Of a stretch of DNA of 64,000 bases, positions 24,533 to 37,813 are shown one piece after another (position 1 is the first letter of the stretch; each line of letters opens with the position of its first letter). The translations under genes and the position numbers were made by a program. The notes below the pieces were generated by a model that made no database searches, was not told where the DNA came from, and saw nothing but the letters and a program-made list of their open reading frames with translations. Source of the DNA: Nymphaea colorata (lineage: Eukaryota); NCBI RefSeq assembly GCF_008831285.2, contig NC_045138.2, positions 4,030,001 through 4,094,000 of the forward strand. Reading direction: 5' to 3'.

Positions 24533-25611
24533 TTATTTTGGTTAAATATGTGTGTTTCCATTTCGTTGCCTCTTCTTTCTCTCTCTCCATCTCCCTCTTG
24601 CTTGACTTGGGTCGGGTAAACTGAGGTGTTGTTGAACTGAACTGGCGTACCTTTTATGCATCAACAGAGTCTTCTCTAGCTGTTTTAACTTACTCAAAAA
24701 GATGACCATCTCTCTCATTTGTTTTTTTGTAATTGAAAACAAATATCAATTATGTGAATATGGTCCCGTAGCAGCAGATACCATGTATAAATCATAAATG
24801 CGGTGCTGTTTGGGTCAAATAGAAGGCAATGTTCTTTGGCTTGAATCGGTTTAGATACTAAAAATGACCTTTTCCTTTAAGAAAATTTTAAAAATTGCTT
24901 TGTTTTATATACATCAATTGATGCACAAAGGCTCCCATTAAGAAAACCTTTAACAAAGACAAAATTGCAAATAGAAAAAAGTAAAAAGACTATAAAAGAC
25001 ATTGCTTTTTAATAAGTTACCAAAATGTAGTTCCCTCCTTTAATGCATTGGATGCATGCAACTTTCTCTGGAAGCCTTGTTGCTAGAGTTAGGCACTGGG
25101 CTGCCATGGACGGTTCACTCTTGACTGCTAGAGTTGCTGGGTTAACTTCTTCCTGAGGCAGGCAGACATGCTACAATAAGTGGATGCAGGCAAGAGTGAG
25201 AAGGGCGTGGCCCCATACTGAACTCTGGACCATGAGATAGCCTCCGTGGATGTGTATGATGGCTCTTGTCAAATGTGGCAAGTAGCAGCTGGTTCAAGGG
25301 TAGAGAGATAGATGCAGGTCAAGCCAGGGTATCGTGTGGACCTCTGACCATCCAAGTCCCAAGTATCGTGCTGTCTGGGACCTAGCAGTGCAGATCTTCT
25401 CGCATAATCCATGGAAGAAGGCCTGCCAATATCATGAGGTTGCCGAATAACATGTTCATGCCAGTCTGTAATTAATGATTGCCTTGGCTACAGGGAGGCA
25501 CGAAGACACATGAAGGATAATCAGACGGGGCTTTGACCTTACTTCAATCTAGTATGCCTTTCTCGTGGTGGTTGAAGTTGCCAACATGTATGGCCTTGAG
25601 TACCATAGGTG

Positions 25612-25783
25612 CTTGGGCGGAGGAGGAGGTCCAAATTAAAGTTTCTAAATTTTGACAAACACTGAAATATACTTTTTCAAAATTTTTATATAAGACAAGT
25701 GAAAATTTCTAAAATTTACTTGTAAAATTATTTTTTTTAAGAAGGGCCAAGGCCCTTGTGGGCCCCTCTTAGCTCTGCCCCAG
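25612..25783. mobile_element. hAT-like MITE
   Basis: Perfect 8-bp TSD CATAGGTG at 25604-25611 and 25784-25791. Imperfect TIRs CTTGGGCGGAG / CTCTGCCCCAG. Confidence 0.8.
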
Positions 25784-26269
25784 CATAGGTGAGAGCAGAT
25801 CGTTGAGCTTGTCATTTGCTTGTAAAGGGTTCCCTCATAGCCAAGAGACTATGACTGTCCCTAGATCACTTTGCAAGCGCTCTTGTTTAAACTTCGGCCA
25901 TGGTGGATCATGGAGGCTCTCCATGGTTGTTGCAGCAAGCCAGGAATAAGGTTTCAACGTGAAATTTTGGAACAATGTTTGTTGACCTTAGTACCTTCAA
26001 TTTGATTTGTAAATTGTATAAAATGTCTACACAATTACAAAACCCCCAATTTTACCCTAATTTTTTTTATCGCCAGATTCCAGCGCTTTGTGAACAGATT
26101 TGGCGTCAAATTTGGACCACTCTAATTCAAGTACACTTATACTTATTTGTAGAATATTATTTTGATTAGTTGTCATTTGATTGTTTTATTTAGATATTTG
26201 AATGTTTCTCGTCCCCAGCCTTTTTAGCCACTCACCAAGTGTTCACCAAATTATTTAAATGAATGAAAA

Positions 26270-26550
26270 GTCATATTTTACCAACGGACTGTCTTGCTGT
26301 CAGTAGAGTTCTTATGGCAGGCAACTAACTTGTTGGAAATAATAGATTATTACCGATGCGAGAGGACGTTGGCAATAGTCAATGTTTACCTATGTTTAAG
26401 TCATGCCGATGATACCTTACAACGGCACTTTTGTCTAGTGTCTTGAATTTTTACCAACAAAAGAACAAAATGTCGGTAAAACCATTACGATATGCATTCT
26501 ATTTTCACCGACATTTTGTGGCCGTCAGTAATGCTTAGTTTTTTGTAGTG
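26270..26550. mobile_element. CACTA-like transposon end fragment
   Basis: Ends in GTTTTTTGTAGTG (reverse complement CACTACAAAAAAC), preceded by TTACCGA / GTCGGTAA / GTCAGTAA subterminal-like motifs. Partner end not found. Confidence 0.55.
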
Positions 26551-27276
26551 CTAGCTAAACTCTTGCCCAAGGCATCCCCAGCTCAAGGCAGTCCCCTGCC
26601 CAAGGCGACCCCTGCTCAAGGCGTCCCCTGCCCAAGCAACATTTGCTTGGCGTCCCCTTCAAGTCAAGCTCAGCCGGGCCTCCCTTCTTCTGCCCTGTTC
26701 TGGGCGCAATGCCAACCCGTGGTAGCCTCAATCCTCGCATCGACACAGGTCAGTTTTCTCAATAGATTTAATTGCACGGCTCCTTATTCAACGAAAAAAT
26801 AAGCAATGGGTTTTGCCGAGCAACCATTAGGGCTGGCTGCAGGGGAAGATCAAACTACTTTCACCATGGCCGGTGAATCACAGCAGCCACGGTGGGGTGG
26901 TCATCATCCTCCCATAAACAAAAATCGATTTTTAAAGAGTCGTCCTACCTGTGCAAAATTCGAAAGAGAAGACCACTATGGCTTGGAAGAAAATGTTGTT
27001 CATTTGTTTATGTGAATGAATGTTTTAATGATGTATGCAAAGAAAAAAAGTGAAACAAGAACGGTTTCCTTACTCCTTGGATGAGCAAGGAATTAGATTT
27101 CATTATCTTATCAAATCGATTCCACCAAGAATCAAATCCCCTCAATATATGAGTGTGGTCTATATTGTAAACGGAATATATCAAGTGCAATGAACCGGTC
27201 TCAACCCATTAGTTTCTGAAATTTTCAGAAATCACCATGATTTTGAAAATCAGCAATTAACAAAAATATCTAATCT

Positions 27277-29281
27277 TGTTGGGTTTCCAAAAAAAAATCC
27301 CTAGATCCAAAACAAAGACTTTGATCAAGTCCAAAACCAGAAAAGAAATTCAAGTTTCTACAAAACCCATTCGGGAATACCTATTTCAAAAAATTCAACC
27401 ATCTCCCAAAATCATGCCATTTTCCAAAATCAATATCAAAATGTTCCATCCCACCCAAAGAGAAAATTTGTCAAAGCTCAATTCATCCAAATTTTCAAAC
27501 AAATGAATTCCTTTTGCCTATGATCAAGTAAAAAATAAGTTGAAATCAGCCTGTCAAATGAATTTTGAAATCTTATTCCAAAACTAAAATTTCAAAACAT
27601 AAGCTCAGGGACAGTACCTCCAAACGCCTCCTCCACATCAAGGATGGGATTGGGGAACGTCTTATATTTTCCACCTCCAAGATGGACCTATGTGTATGTG
27701 AGATCACATTTAATTATGCATAGTGAGAAATAAAGTGAAGCATGAATATCATATAGTTTATTTCATGCAAACATGCACTCACTCCATGAATGCACCCACT
27801 CATATTCACTAAAATCTTGGTCGGAGTTGCTACCATGATTAAGTCATATTATGACAAAAACTTGATCACCTCGCTTATTTTGACGTAGAAGCACAAAATT
27901 TTCAACATGGATATAAAACCCGAACTTTCAAAATCAATTTCAAAATTATTCCATTTGATTTTTTCTTAAAATCAAACCCATTTTCAAATCCAAAAATCTA
28001 CTCAAGCAAATTTTCATAACATTGACTAAAATTCCAAAAAGAATCAAAATTCCAATTTTTCCAATCAAGAAAATTCTCCTAAAACTAGATTTGGACTCTC
28101 AATTTCAAATTTTCTAATATCATTTCAATATCAAAACCAACCAAATAAAATAAAATCTCTCAAAAAACCAAAACTAGATTCAAATATCAACATCTTAAAC
28201 CCAAAGATGTTTTCAAAAAGCCTGAATTGATCGAGTTCCAACCATTCCAAACCCAAAATTTCATCTCAAAGATTCGATTCTCAAAAATTTCAACTAGAAT
28301 TCAACTATCCAGTCCAATTTTTTCAAATTCAATTTTGGCTTCAAAACTGAATTCCAGTACATGTATACGTATATAACATGTATATATGTATATATATATA
28401 AAAATTAAAATCAAGAGAAATGCTAAACGTAAGAATATCACGAAGATGTATTTTAACATGTACATATTCGTAAGGGGTTTTCCCAAGGTGGACAAATCCC
28501 AACCTGAAAAAATCAACATAAAACAAAGAGATCCCAATTCAAGCTCTCATTCTTACCATTCATTCGCATATTTAAAAAAAGAAAATCAGTCCACCATCCA
28601 TCAACATCATCTCAAATATCAATGATGCACACATTCAATGAGCAAAAAAATAAAGAATCATATTTCAAAAATAAATGGAGAAATAAAATTTATTTTGCTT
28701 TGCTTATACTCCTAGTGCACTCAAGAGTGGCTCTTGACTGCTGATAGGAGACCCTTAGAGCTCTCTTGCATGACTATAGGAAGATGGCGAAGGGAAATGA
28801 AAATAAATGAAAATGAGAGGATGACTGCATACCTCTAATGAAAGTACTTTTAGGAAACGAGTATTCTTCTCCACTTGATCCTAAAGCTTCATCGAGTGAC
28901 GTTCCAAGTTGTTCAGCATTTCTCTTCGAAAGGTCTTGTTGTACTCTCTTGAATAGTGAAAGTCGGAGAAGCTTGCTCCCAAGGTTGGAGAAAAATAAGA
29001 AGTAAGATGAGAGAAATTGGGAAAGAGAGCTAGGAAAAACACTTTAAGTCTTTAAATGAGGAACTACTAGAGGTTTCATAAGGCTTAGCTCATGCCCAAG
29101 AGAGAACATTTTAAAGGTATTTGTAGAGAGTTTTGGATCCAAAGCTCAAAATTTAATTTTTTGTAATTTCAACATTTTCATGTGAATTCTAAGTATTTGA
29201 ATTATTTTAAATTTTTTTAAGATATGTCTTGACGAAATGAGGTTGGCCCTTAACCCTGAAAACATATTGGGGGTGTAGGCA
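27277..29281 (-). mobile_element. Degenerate LTR-like sequence related to the 57388-60094 element
   Basis: Reverse-complement matches: 28455-28520 to ~58600-58665 (AACATGTACATATTC..) and 28710-28740 to ~58398-58425 (AGTGCACTCAAGAG..GGCTCTTGA). TG/CA-type ends, but no TSD; boundaries tentative. Confidence 0.55.
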
Positions 29282-29334
29282 GGACTAGTAACCACACAAC
29301 TGACTAAAAACCAGTCTTTTAGCCAAAACAGGGC

Positions 29335-29431
<97 letters not shown>

Positions 29432-29433
29432 CA
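29335..29433. repeat. Compound microsatellite (CT)n(TA)n(CA)n
   Basis: Directly visible. Confidence 0.95.
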
Positions 29434-31017
29434 ACTAACTGTATGACAATCTTAACGTTATGTCCAAGGTTGGATCTGGTAAATCAATTCAAATACGAAC
29501 TTTTGCAACCTGAGTCCAAATTTAACCATGAAGTCCAGCAAATTGTTTGTAGATCCATACTGTTTGGTCATACCCAATACCAAAATAAATTTGGATTTAA
29601 TATCGTATCTGCAAAACGTTTTTACATAATGCAATCAGATAGACAAAAGTTTACAAGAAATCTAACGAACCTGAAAAGGGGAACTCTAAGAGCCGTAGGA
29701 ATCTTGGGTTGGGGAACCTTCTGTCAGATTTGCTTTGCAGCCGACACCCATTTTGAGTGTAAAATATTGTTAACTTTTTTCCGTCAAGAAAGATAATTTT
29801 TTTTGTCAAATTAATAATTTATTAAATTGGATGGTAAAAAATGTGAGCATGTTTTTGTTATATGCTTGTTTGCATTTAGCGTTGATAAGGTATAGTGAGT
29901 AAAGCATTCCTACTCCAAGAGCAAGTTCTGCATGAGAAAATATATTTTGTTTTACATTTATCGTTTGGTCATTTATAAAGCTTACTTCTTGAGATACAAA
30001 TCTCTATTGCCTCCACTATTTAGTACAACATTGTTAATCAAGGAATACTAAAAAAAATTGCTTAAATTTAGATGCATTTATAAATAACAACATCACAATT
30101 GGAAATTTGGATTTAGAAAAGAACAAGACCAAGCATCTAAGCTTTTTACATAATAGAATCAGACAAATAAATAGCCTATACTTTACAAAGGGGAAGTCCA
30201 GGTGACATAGAAGATTGGGGTTGGGGGATTTTCTCGGATTTGTTTAGCAGCAATATTCATGGCTTGCCTCTTTTCTTTAACTTTTTTTGGTTCTTTTCAT
30301 GTGAGACCCAGCTTTGATTGCCCGCACACTGAAAGAATCCAAATTTTCTTCTTGTATCTATCTGTTTGCCAGTCTTATTGTAATTGGCGTGATACTGCAC
30401 CGGTTATCTAACCTCATGTACCTATTGTTGTGATGCCTACTGTCAATCAATATGTCTAATGGAATTTGTCTCTTTAACATGTCAAACTTGTTTTGCCCAG
30501 TCGGAACTCGGACTGATTGCCATCATCTAACCTAATAGTTCCAACCTGTTGTGGACTTCGTCAAATAGCACGTTGTTTGCCAACAAGGGCCATGCGGACC
30601 TGGCTGGATGAAACTCAAGACCTTCAAGTTCAAGCAGGTCAAGAGTTCATTACTCTAGGTGTGTCTCTTGGCACAAAATGTTAAGGATCTGCCTGATCTT
30701 AGCCTGACTATAAGATAAACAGTAGATCTCCAAGCATCATTTGGGTCCCAATTTTTGAGTCTCTTGATGCTTTAGAAACTTACTCCGTTCCTCTTTTGAT
30801 TTGTTCGGCCTGAGCGAGCGAGCTGTAAATCACGGCCACAAGATGCTCAATTCTGAACTAACCTACCCTTGCTAGTGCCACCTGATCTTGCGATGTTGCT
30901 ATTTGTTAGGTGAAGTGTAGGTGACATTGAAGATTGAGGTTAGGGGACTTTTCCAGATTTGTTTAATTGCAATCATGGAACTTGCCAACCTATAGAGCAG
31001 ATGGGTTCACCATAGTC

Positions 31018-31509
31018 TGTTAAGAGTTATCACCGACTCAAGAGTCATCACCGACTCTCACGAACCATCTTCAGCTTTCTCTCTTTAAGTCGGTGGCTAT
31101 TAAAACAAAAATTAAAGAAGTCGGTGGAAGCATCCACCACCGACTCCCTCTCCCTATAAATAGGGACGTTGGGGCTTTTTGTTAGTGTGTGAAAAAATTG
31201 AGTGTGGTTGAGTCTTAGTCTATGTGCTCACTTTGTGAGCTTGTGAGGTGTGTGAGAGTTGTGCTCAATGCAAGAGTGTCGGGCTTGGAGGTATTTGGGT
31301 GTGGAAGTTCACTACGTGAGCGAGGTGAGTTTTCTTGAGCCTCCTTGTAATGTTTATTTTGATGAATAAATAGTTGATATTTTAAAGTATACTCTTCCAA
31401 AGTTATTATTGAGTATCATTTTGGACGTCGAGACTTTGCTGGATTTTCTCTGCATAAATTTGAGTTTGTAGCTGAGTTATATTTAGAGCCCACATTACGT
31501 TTTCCAACA
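31018..31509 (+). repeat. 5' LTR (492 bp)
   Basis: TGTTAAGAG..TTTCCAACA; TATA box CCCTATAAATAGGG at ~31152-31165. Confidence 0.95.
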
Positions 31510-31511
31510 AG

Positions 31512-31523
31512 TGGTATCAGAGC
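31512..31523 (+). other. Primer-binding site complementary to the initiator tRNA-Met 3' end
   Basis: TGGTATCAGAGC two bases after the 5' LTR. Confidence 0.93.
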
Positions 31524-31572
31524 GAGGTTCTATCCGAGGGCCGATTTATTGGAATAGTTATATCCTGAAATT

Positions 31573-34500
31573 ATGGCGGCATTAGCGGTTGCATTAAACA
31601 ATATTGAGAAACTTAACAATAGCAATTATGGCTATTGGAAATCCTCTATGGAGTCATATTTTCTAGGACAGGAATTATGGGAGATAGTATTGGGATCTGA
31701 CACTAATATTCCTGTCGATGAAGAAGCTAAAAAGAAATGGATGATCAAAGCAGGGAAAGCTCTATTTGCAATTAAAGTATCAATTGAGAAAGATTTATTA
31801 GAGCATATACGAGATGCTACGACTCCTAAAGAAGCATGGGATACTTTTGCAACCTTATTTTCTCGAGCTAATGATGCCCGCCTACAATTGTTAGAAAATG
31901 ATCTAACTACATTAACTCAGGGAAGCATGTCGATAGCAGAATATTTTATGAAGGTTAAAAATATCTGTAGAGAGACATTTCAAATTGATCTTGAGTCAAA
32001 GATCACTGAGGCCCATATGCGGAGGATACTTATTCGCGGACTTCGTCCAGAATTTAGCAGTTTCATAATTGGTGTTCAAGGCTGGCCAGTTCAACCAACT
32101 TTGTTGGAGTTAGAAAATCTCTTGATCAATCAAGAAACATTAGCGAAGCAAATGGTCGGGCTTTCTCTCAAGGGAAATAATGATGAAACTTTGTTTAGTA
32201 AGGGTCAGAGATCACGTTGGCCAGCTAAGCCAGTCATTCGGTCTCCAAGTAGGAATATTGCCGAAAAGAAAGAGAAAAATATAGAAAAGAAAACAAGAGA
32301 AACTACACAGCAGTGGAGACCAAAGATGAAATGTTTTAGATGTGGAAGGCTGAGTTATTTTGCTCGTGACTGCAGGGTTATAATAAATGAAGGAAATACA
32401 GTCACGACGAGTAAGCAAAATAGGGGAGCTAATGAGACTGTACAGAAAAATTCGTTTTTGTACTCATTGGAGGTAAAAGAAAATATTATGCAAGAAGGAT
32501 GTAATTCCGCCCATACAAAACCAGTAAAAGAAAAAGAAGAGAAGATCAATTATCAAACTGATTGGATAATTGATTCTGGATGCTCAAACCATATGACTGG
32601 TGATAAGAGCAAGTTTGTAAGTATCAAAGAATATGATGGAAATTGGGTTGTTGTTACTGCTAACAACACAAAGTTCTCAGTGGCACATATTGGAGAAGCA
32701 GAGGTTGTAGCCAATTTTGGCAAAGACAGGATTTTACGGAACGTTTATCATGTTCCAGGAATGACTAAGAATCTGTTGTCTGTGCCACAACTAACAGCTT
32801 TAGGGCACTATGTTGTGTTCGGCCCAAATAATGTGAAAGTTTATAGAAATGAAGATATTCAAGGGACTCCCATGTTTGAAGGAAGGAAAGTTGAGTCAAT
32901 ATATATTTTGTCAGCAGAAACAGCATATATTGACAAAGCAAAGAAGCATGACACTGCAGATATCTGGCATGAGAGACTCACTCATGTTGTATACAACAAA
33001 CTTTGGGAGATGTCTAACAAGGGGCAGTTGATTGACCTGCCCAAGCTTGAGGTACGAACAGATAAAGTATGCCCAGGATGTCAATATGGAAAGGCGCAGA
33101 GGAGGCCATACAAAGAATCAAAATATAGAGCTAAAGCGCCATTCGAGCTTGTGCGTTCAGACATATTCGGCAAGGTACCAGACCCATCAGTTGGAGGTAA
33201 GTGGTACTTCATCACTTTTATTGATGATTTTTCAAGATATACTTAGTTTTATTTTATGAAAGAAAAATTTGAAGCACTTGAAAAATTTAAGGAGTTTCAT
33301 CAAATGGTGAGAAAAGAACTTGGGTATAGAATTCGGTGTCTACGTACCGATAATGGTGGCGAATATACATCAGACATGTTTATGGCGTACATGAGGCAAC
33401 ATGGTATTCGTAGGTAATTTACATGCGCCTATACGCCTCAACAAAATGGAGTGGCAGAACGGAAGAACCACCACATAGCAGAAACATGTCGAAGTATGAT
33501 ACATGCAAAGAACATGCCACCAAGATTTTGGGCTGAATGTGTCAGCACTGCTGTGCACGTAATTAATCGACTACCAATGCCGAGATTTAATTTTAAGTCT
33601 CCATATGAAATGCTTTATAAAAAAAAGCCATCTGTAAGTTATTTTCGAGTATTTGGTTGTGTTTGTTATGTATTTATATCTGAGCAGCACAGGACTAAGT
33701 TTGACAAAAAGGCACAGAGGTGTGTCTTTGTTGGATATGATCCATATCGAAAGGGATGGAGATGTGCTAATCCTAGCACAGGACGAGTTTATTTTCTCGC
33801 GACGTCATTTTCGATGAAGCATCATCGTGGTGGTCTGAAGAAAAGAAGACGCTTCCAGACTCTTCAATTTTTGAGAAAGATGTTCCAAACAAAATACAGT
33901 TTGAGATGAATCAAGGAGAGCCTCAGTCTGAAGACATAGAAGCAAGACAACTAGATAAGCAAGTTCAGATGCTTGAACATAGTCCAAGACGAGAAGAACG
34001 TGCAGATCCATGGAGAACAGGAGTCAGTCCAATCCAACAAAGAAGTGCAGAAGAAGAAAGACCATCACAACTCGAAGAGCCAGAAGGAGCTCCGATAGCA
34101 CTAAGAAGATCAACGAGAATACGAAAACCAAATCCCAAGTATGTAGATGCAGATTGTGCCATTATGGAGGAGATCGAACTAGTTTCCTTTGAAGAAGCAA
34201 AAGATGTTGAAAAGTGGCAATCAGCAATGAATGATGAAATGAAGTGACTAGAACAACGAAACCTGGGAGCTCGTTCCAAAGCCTACAGGAGTAAAGCCCA
34301 TTACTTGTAAGTGGGTTTACAAAATAAAAAGAAAGACAGATGGCTCAGTTGATAGATACAAGGCTCGACTAGTCGTGAGAATATTTTCTCAACAGTATAA
34401 TATTGACTTTGAAGAAACTTTTAGTCCTGTTGCGAAAATCACATCCGTACGTGTTCTGATAGCCATTGCTGCAAGCAAATCCTGGAAGCTATGGCAAATG

Positions 34501-35700
34501 GATGTGAAAAATGCATTCTTATATGGAGATCTCGACCATGAAATCTATATGGAGCAACTTGAAGGATTCAAATCTCCAAACAAGCCAGACTACGTCTGCA
34601 AGTTAAGAAAAGCACTCTATGGACTGAAACAAGCACCAAGAGCATGGTACGGGAAAATATCTGAATTTTTGGTGTTTAGTGGATTTCAAGTCTCCTCAGC
34701 AGATTCAAGTCTCTTCGTCAAGGCAAGAGGTACGAAACTTACCATTTTTTTAATTTATGTTGATGATCTAATTATCACTGGAGATGACAATGAAGAAATT
34801 AATCTCATTCGTGAACATCTCACGGTGAGATTTGAAATGAAAGAGCTGGGGGAGTTGCGACACTTCCTTGGATTGGAAATTGATTACAAAGCTCAATGAT
34901 TATTTTTAAGTCAAAAGAAGTATGCTCATGACTTACTTCATAAGTATGGTATGCTCAGTTGCAAACCTATCTCAACACCAATTGAGGTAAATGCAAAACA
35001 AAGAATTGATGAAGGAGACAAGCTGGACGATGTTACTATGTATCGACAATTGGTTGGAAGCCTAATCTACTTAACATTATCAAGACCAGACATTGCCTAT
35101 GCAGTTGGTGTAGTGAGCAGGTTCATGCAAACTCCAAGGAAGACACATCTAGAAGCAGTAAAAAGAATATTAAGGTATATCAAAGGAACTCTTGACTTTG
35201 GTATACTTTATGAAAGAGGGACAACTTATCAAGTTGTTGGTCATTTTGACGCAGACTATGCAGGAGACTTATCAACATGAAGATCAACCACTGGATATAC
35301 ATTCAGTCTTAGAAGTGGTGCGATTTCATGGTGTAGTAAGAGACAGCCAACAGTTTCACTGTCTACAACTGAAGCAGAGTATAGAGCAGCTTCTCAAGCA
35401 TGACAAGAATGTGTGTGGTTGATGCGATTGCTGAAAGACATTAAACAAAACGTGGATTATGCAGTGAGACTGTACTGCGATAATCAAAGTGCAGTCAGAC
35501 TTGCAGAGAATCCTGTCTTCCATGCTCGAACGAAACATATAGAGGTGGAGCATCACTTTATTAGAGAGAAGGTACTCAAAGGAGAGATTCAGTTGCAGCC
35601 AATCGCTTCAGAAGATCAAGTCGTTGACATCTTTACCAAGGGCTTACCAATACAGACATTCGTGAAACTTCGAAGAATGTTGGGAATCATAAGTAGAGAG
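31573..35700 (+). pseudogene. Copia gag-pol polyprotein, interrupted
   Basis: Zinc knuckle CFRCGRLSYFARDC (His replaced), protease WIIDSGCSNHM, integrase FIDDFSRY and [19 protein letters not shown] and YVDD, RNase H DADYAGD and YCDNQSA. Stops at ~33244, 33415, 34245, 34897, 35278 and 35401, plus frameshifts. Confidence 0.92.
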
Positions 35701-35708
35701 TCGGTAAT

Positions 35709-35718
35709 GAGGGGGAGA
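35709..35718 (+). other. Polypurine tract
   Basis: GAGGGGGAGA immediately before the 3' LTR. Confidence 0.85.
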
Positions 35719-35719
35719 T

Positions 35720-36213
35720 TGTTAAGAGTCACCACCGACTCAAGAGTCATCACTGACTCTCACGAGCCATCTTCAGCCTTCTCTTTTTAAGTCGGTGGCT
35801 ATTAAAACAAAAATTAAAGAAGTCGGTGGAAGCATCCACCACCGACTCCCTCTCCCTATAAATAGGGACGTTGGGGCTTTTTGTTAGTTTGTGAAAAAAT
35901 TGTGAGTGTGGTTGAGTCTTAGTCTATGTGCTCACTTTGTGAGCTTGTGAGGTGTGTGAGAGTTGTGCTCAGTGCAAGAGTGTCGGGCTTGGAGGTATTT
36001 GGGTGTGGAAGTTCACTACGTGAGCGAGGTGAGTTTTCTTGAGCTTCCTTGTAATGTTTATTTTGATGAATAAATAGTTGATATTTTAAAGTATATTCTT
36101 CCAAAGTTATTATTGAGTATCATTTTGGACGTCGAGACTTTGCTGGATTTTCTCTGCATAAATTTGAGTTTGTACCTGAGTTATATTTAGGGCCCACATT
36201 ACATTTTCCAACA
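35720..36213 (+). repeat. 3' LTR (494 bp)
   Basis: Near-identical to the 5' LTR; about 13 substitutions and one 2-bp indel by manual comparison. Confidence 0.95.
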
Positions 36214-37813
36214 TAGTCCAAATTAAGCCATGGCCGTGCACGTTACACTTCTGATGAGGATAACAAATGGCTTTATTCTTTCTTATAACCTTAAATGTAT
36301 TACTCTTACATAAATAGTGTGGTCATGACAGTGTAATGGCAGAACTAATTCATGGAGTGCAGTACTCTACTATTTATAGGTATTCATCACTGTCCATCTG
36401 CACTTTTAAAACTCGTCTTCCACATTTGAATTCGAAACATAAAAATTTATTTGTTTGAACAAAAAAACGAGACTGGTTACATGACAATTTCAAATGAGTA
36501 ATTTGAATTGTTTTAAGTTTATCCAAAAATGAGGGTCGATGATGTTCATTCTATGTCCCATAACTTTTCTTTTCTACCGATCTTTTTCATTTCATAGGTG
36601 GAGAGTGTGTGTGTGTATTATATACTAATGAGAGAGAGTGTTTGTATATATATGTAAATATATATATGGAGGGAGAGAGAGAAGATCAGGAAAGATCATT
36701 ATGGTTGACACTAGAAAACAACATTGTTATGTTTTTAATTTCAACAAATAAGAGAGAGAGAAAGAGAAGCCCAAAAAAGATCATTGTTGTTGAAATTAAA
36801 AACATACAATGTTGTTTTCTATTGTCAACCATAATGATCTTTCCTGATCTTCTCTCTCTCCCTCCATATATATATATACATATATATACAAACACTCTCT
36901 CTTGTTAGTACGCCTATCTCTTGTATTCTAACTCACGAAAAATGTTAATGACATTAGCGGTGGGGTATGATGGTTTCAAACTTATTTTAATCTCAATCAT
37001 TAACTTGGTTCACCTACCAAATTATTTTTAAGATAGCATCTAAGTGGTTAGATCGTTAAAACAAAACATTTTCAATGTTCCATTTGGACACAAGTAATTG
37101 TTCCTTTGTTTGGACCATCATTGGCCATTGCAACCGAGTCCAAATATGACTTTCAACTCCAGGAAATTATTTGCAGCTGCTTTTTGGTCATACGCAATAT
37201 CGAAATAAAATTGGATTCAAGATTGTATATGCAAACTATTTTTGCATAACGAAATCAGATAAACAAAAGATTAACAAGGAATCTGACGACCCTGAAAAGG
37301 GTAACTCGAGATGTAGAAGGCTTAGGTTGATAATCTTTTCACCGGATTTATTTAGCAGCATCTAAATTAACTAATTTAATTTCTTCATTAGTACAACTTA
37401 ATAAAAAAATGTATGATTGAGTGTTTTTCCCATGTGCTCCATTATTATAAACATGTCACATCACTACTATTGATGAGAAAATTCGTGTCAATGGCAGAAA
37501 CATGGAAGAGAAAAAAAAGCTGCAACTTGAATGTAGCTAGTCTATAGAACAGACAAAAGAGTGGAAGCCAGGGCTGGATGTAATTTTATATTAAAGCCAC
37601 TTGCTGTCGTGCTGTCTAAATTAAAGGGAGTGAGAGTGCCATTGCATGTACTCTACCATTGGCAAGCCAACCATGTGGAGGTGGAGCTACTCGTCAACAG
37701 TAATATAATTGTGGCAGCGTGGTCTTTATATTTAGCTGTTTGCCCTTCTTCCCCACCACTCGAAAATTGCTTCTCTTCCTCTTGCTCTTCCATCAACTGA
37801 GAAACTGGCGAAG

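Larger units (their letters stand above)
31018..36213 (+). mobile_element. Full-length Ty1/copia LTR retrotransposon, coding region inactivated
   Basis: LTRs 31018-31509 and 35720-36213 (TG..CA). 5-bp TSD TAGTC at 31013-31017 and 36214-36218. PBS and PPT present. Domain order is gag-PR-IN-RT-RH. Confidence 0.97.

Noticed and set aside
25040..25950. Relatively GC-rich stretches (also 30300-30900 and 16940-17280) as LINE or gene remnants
   Set aside because: No recognisable protein motif in any frame by eye; needs tBLASTx/HMM.
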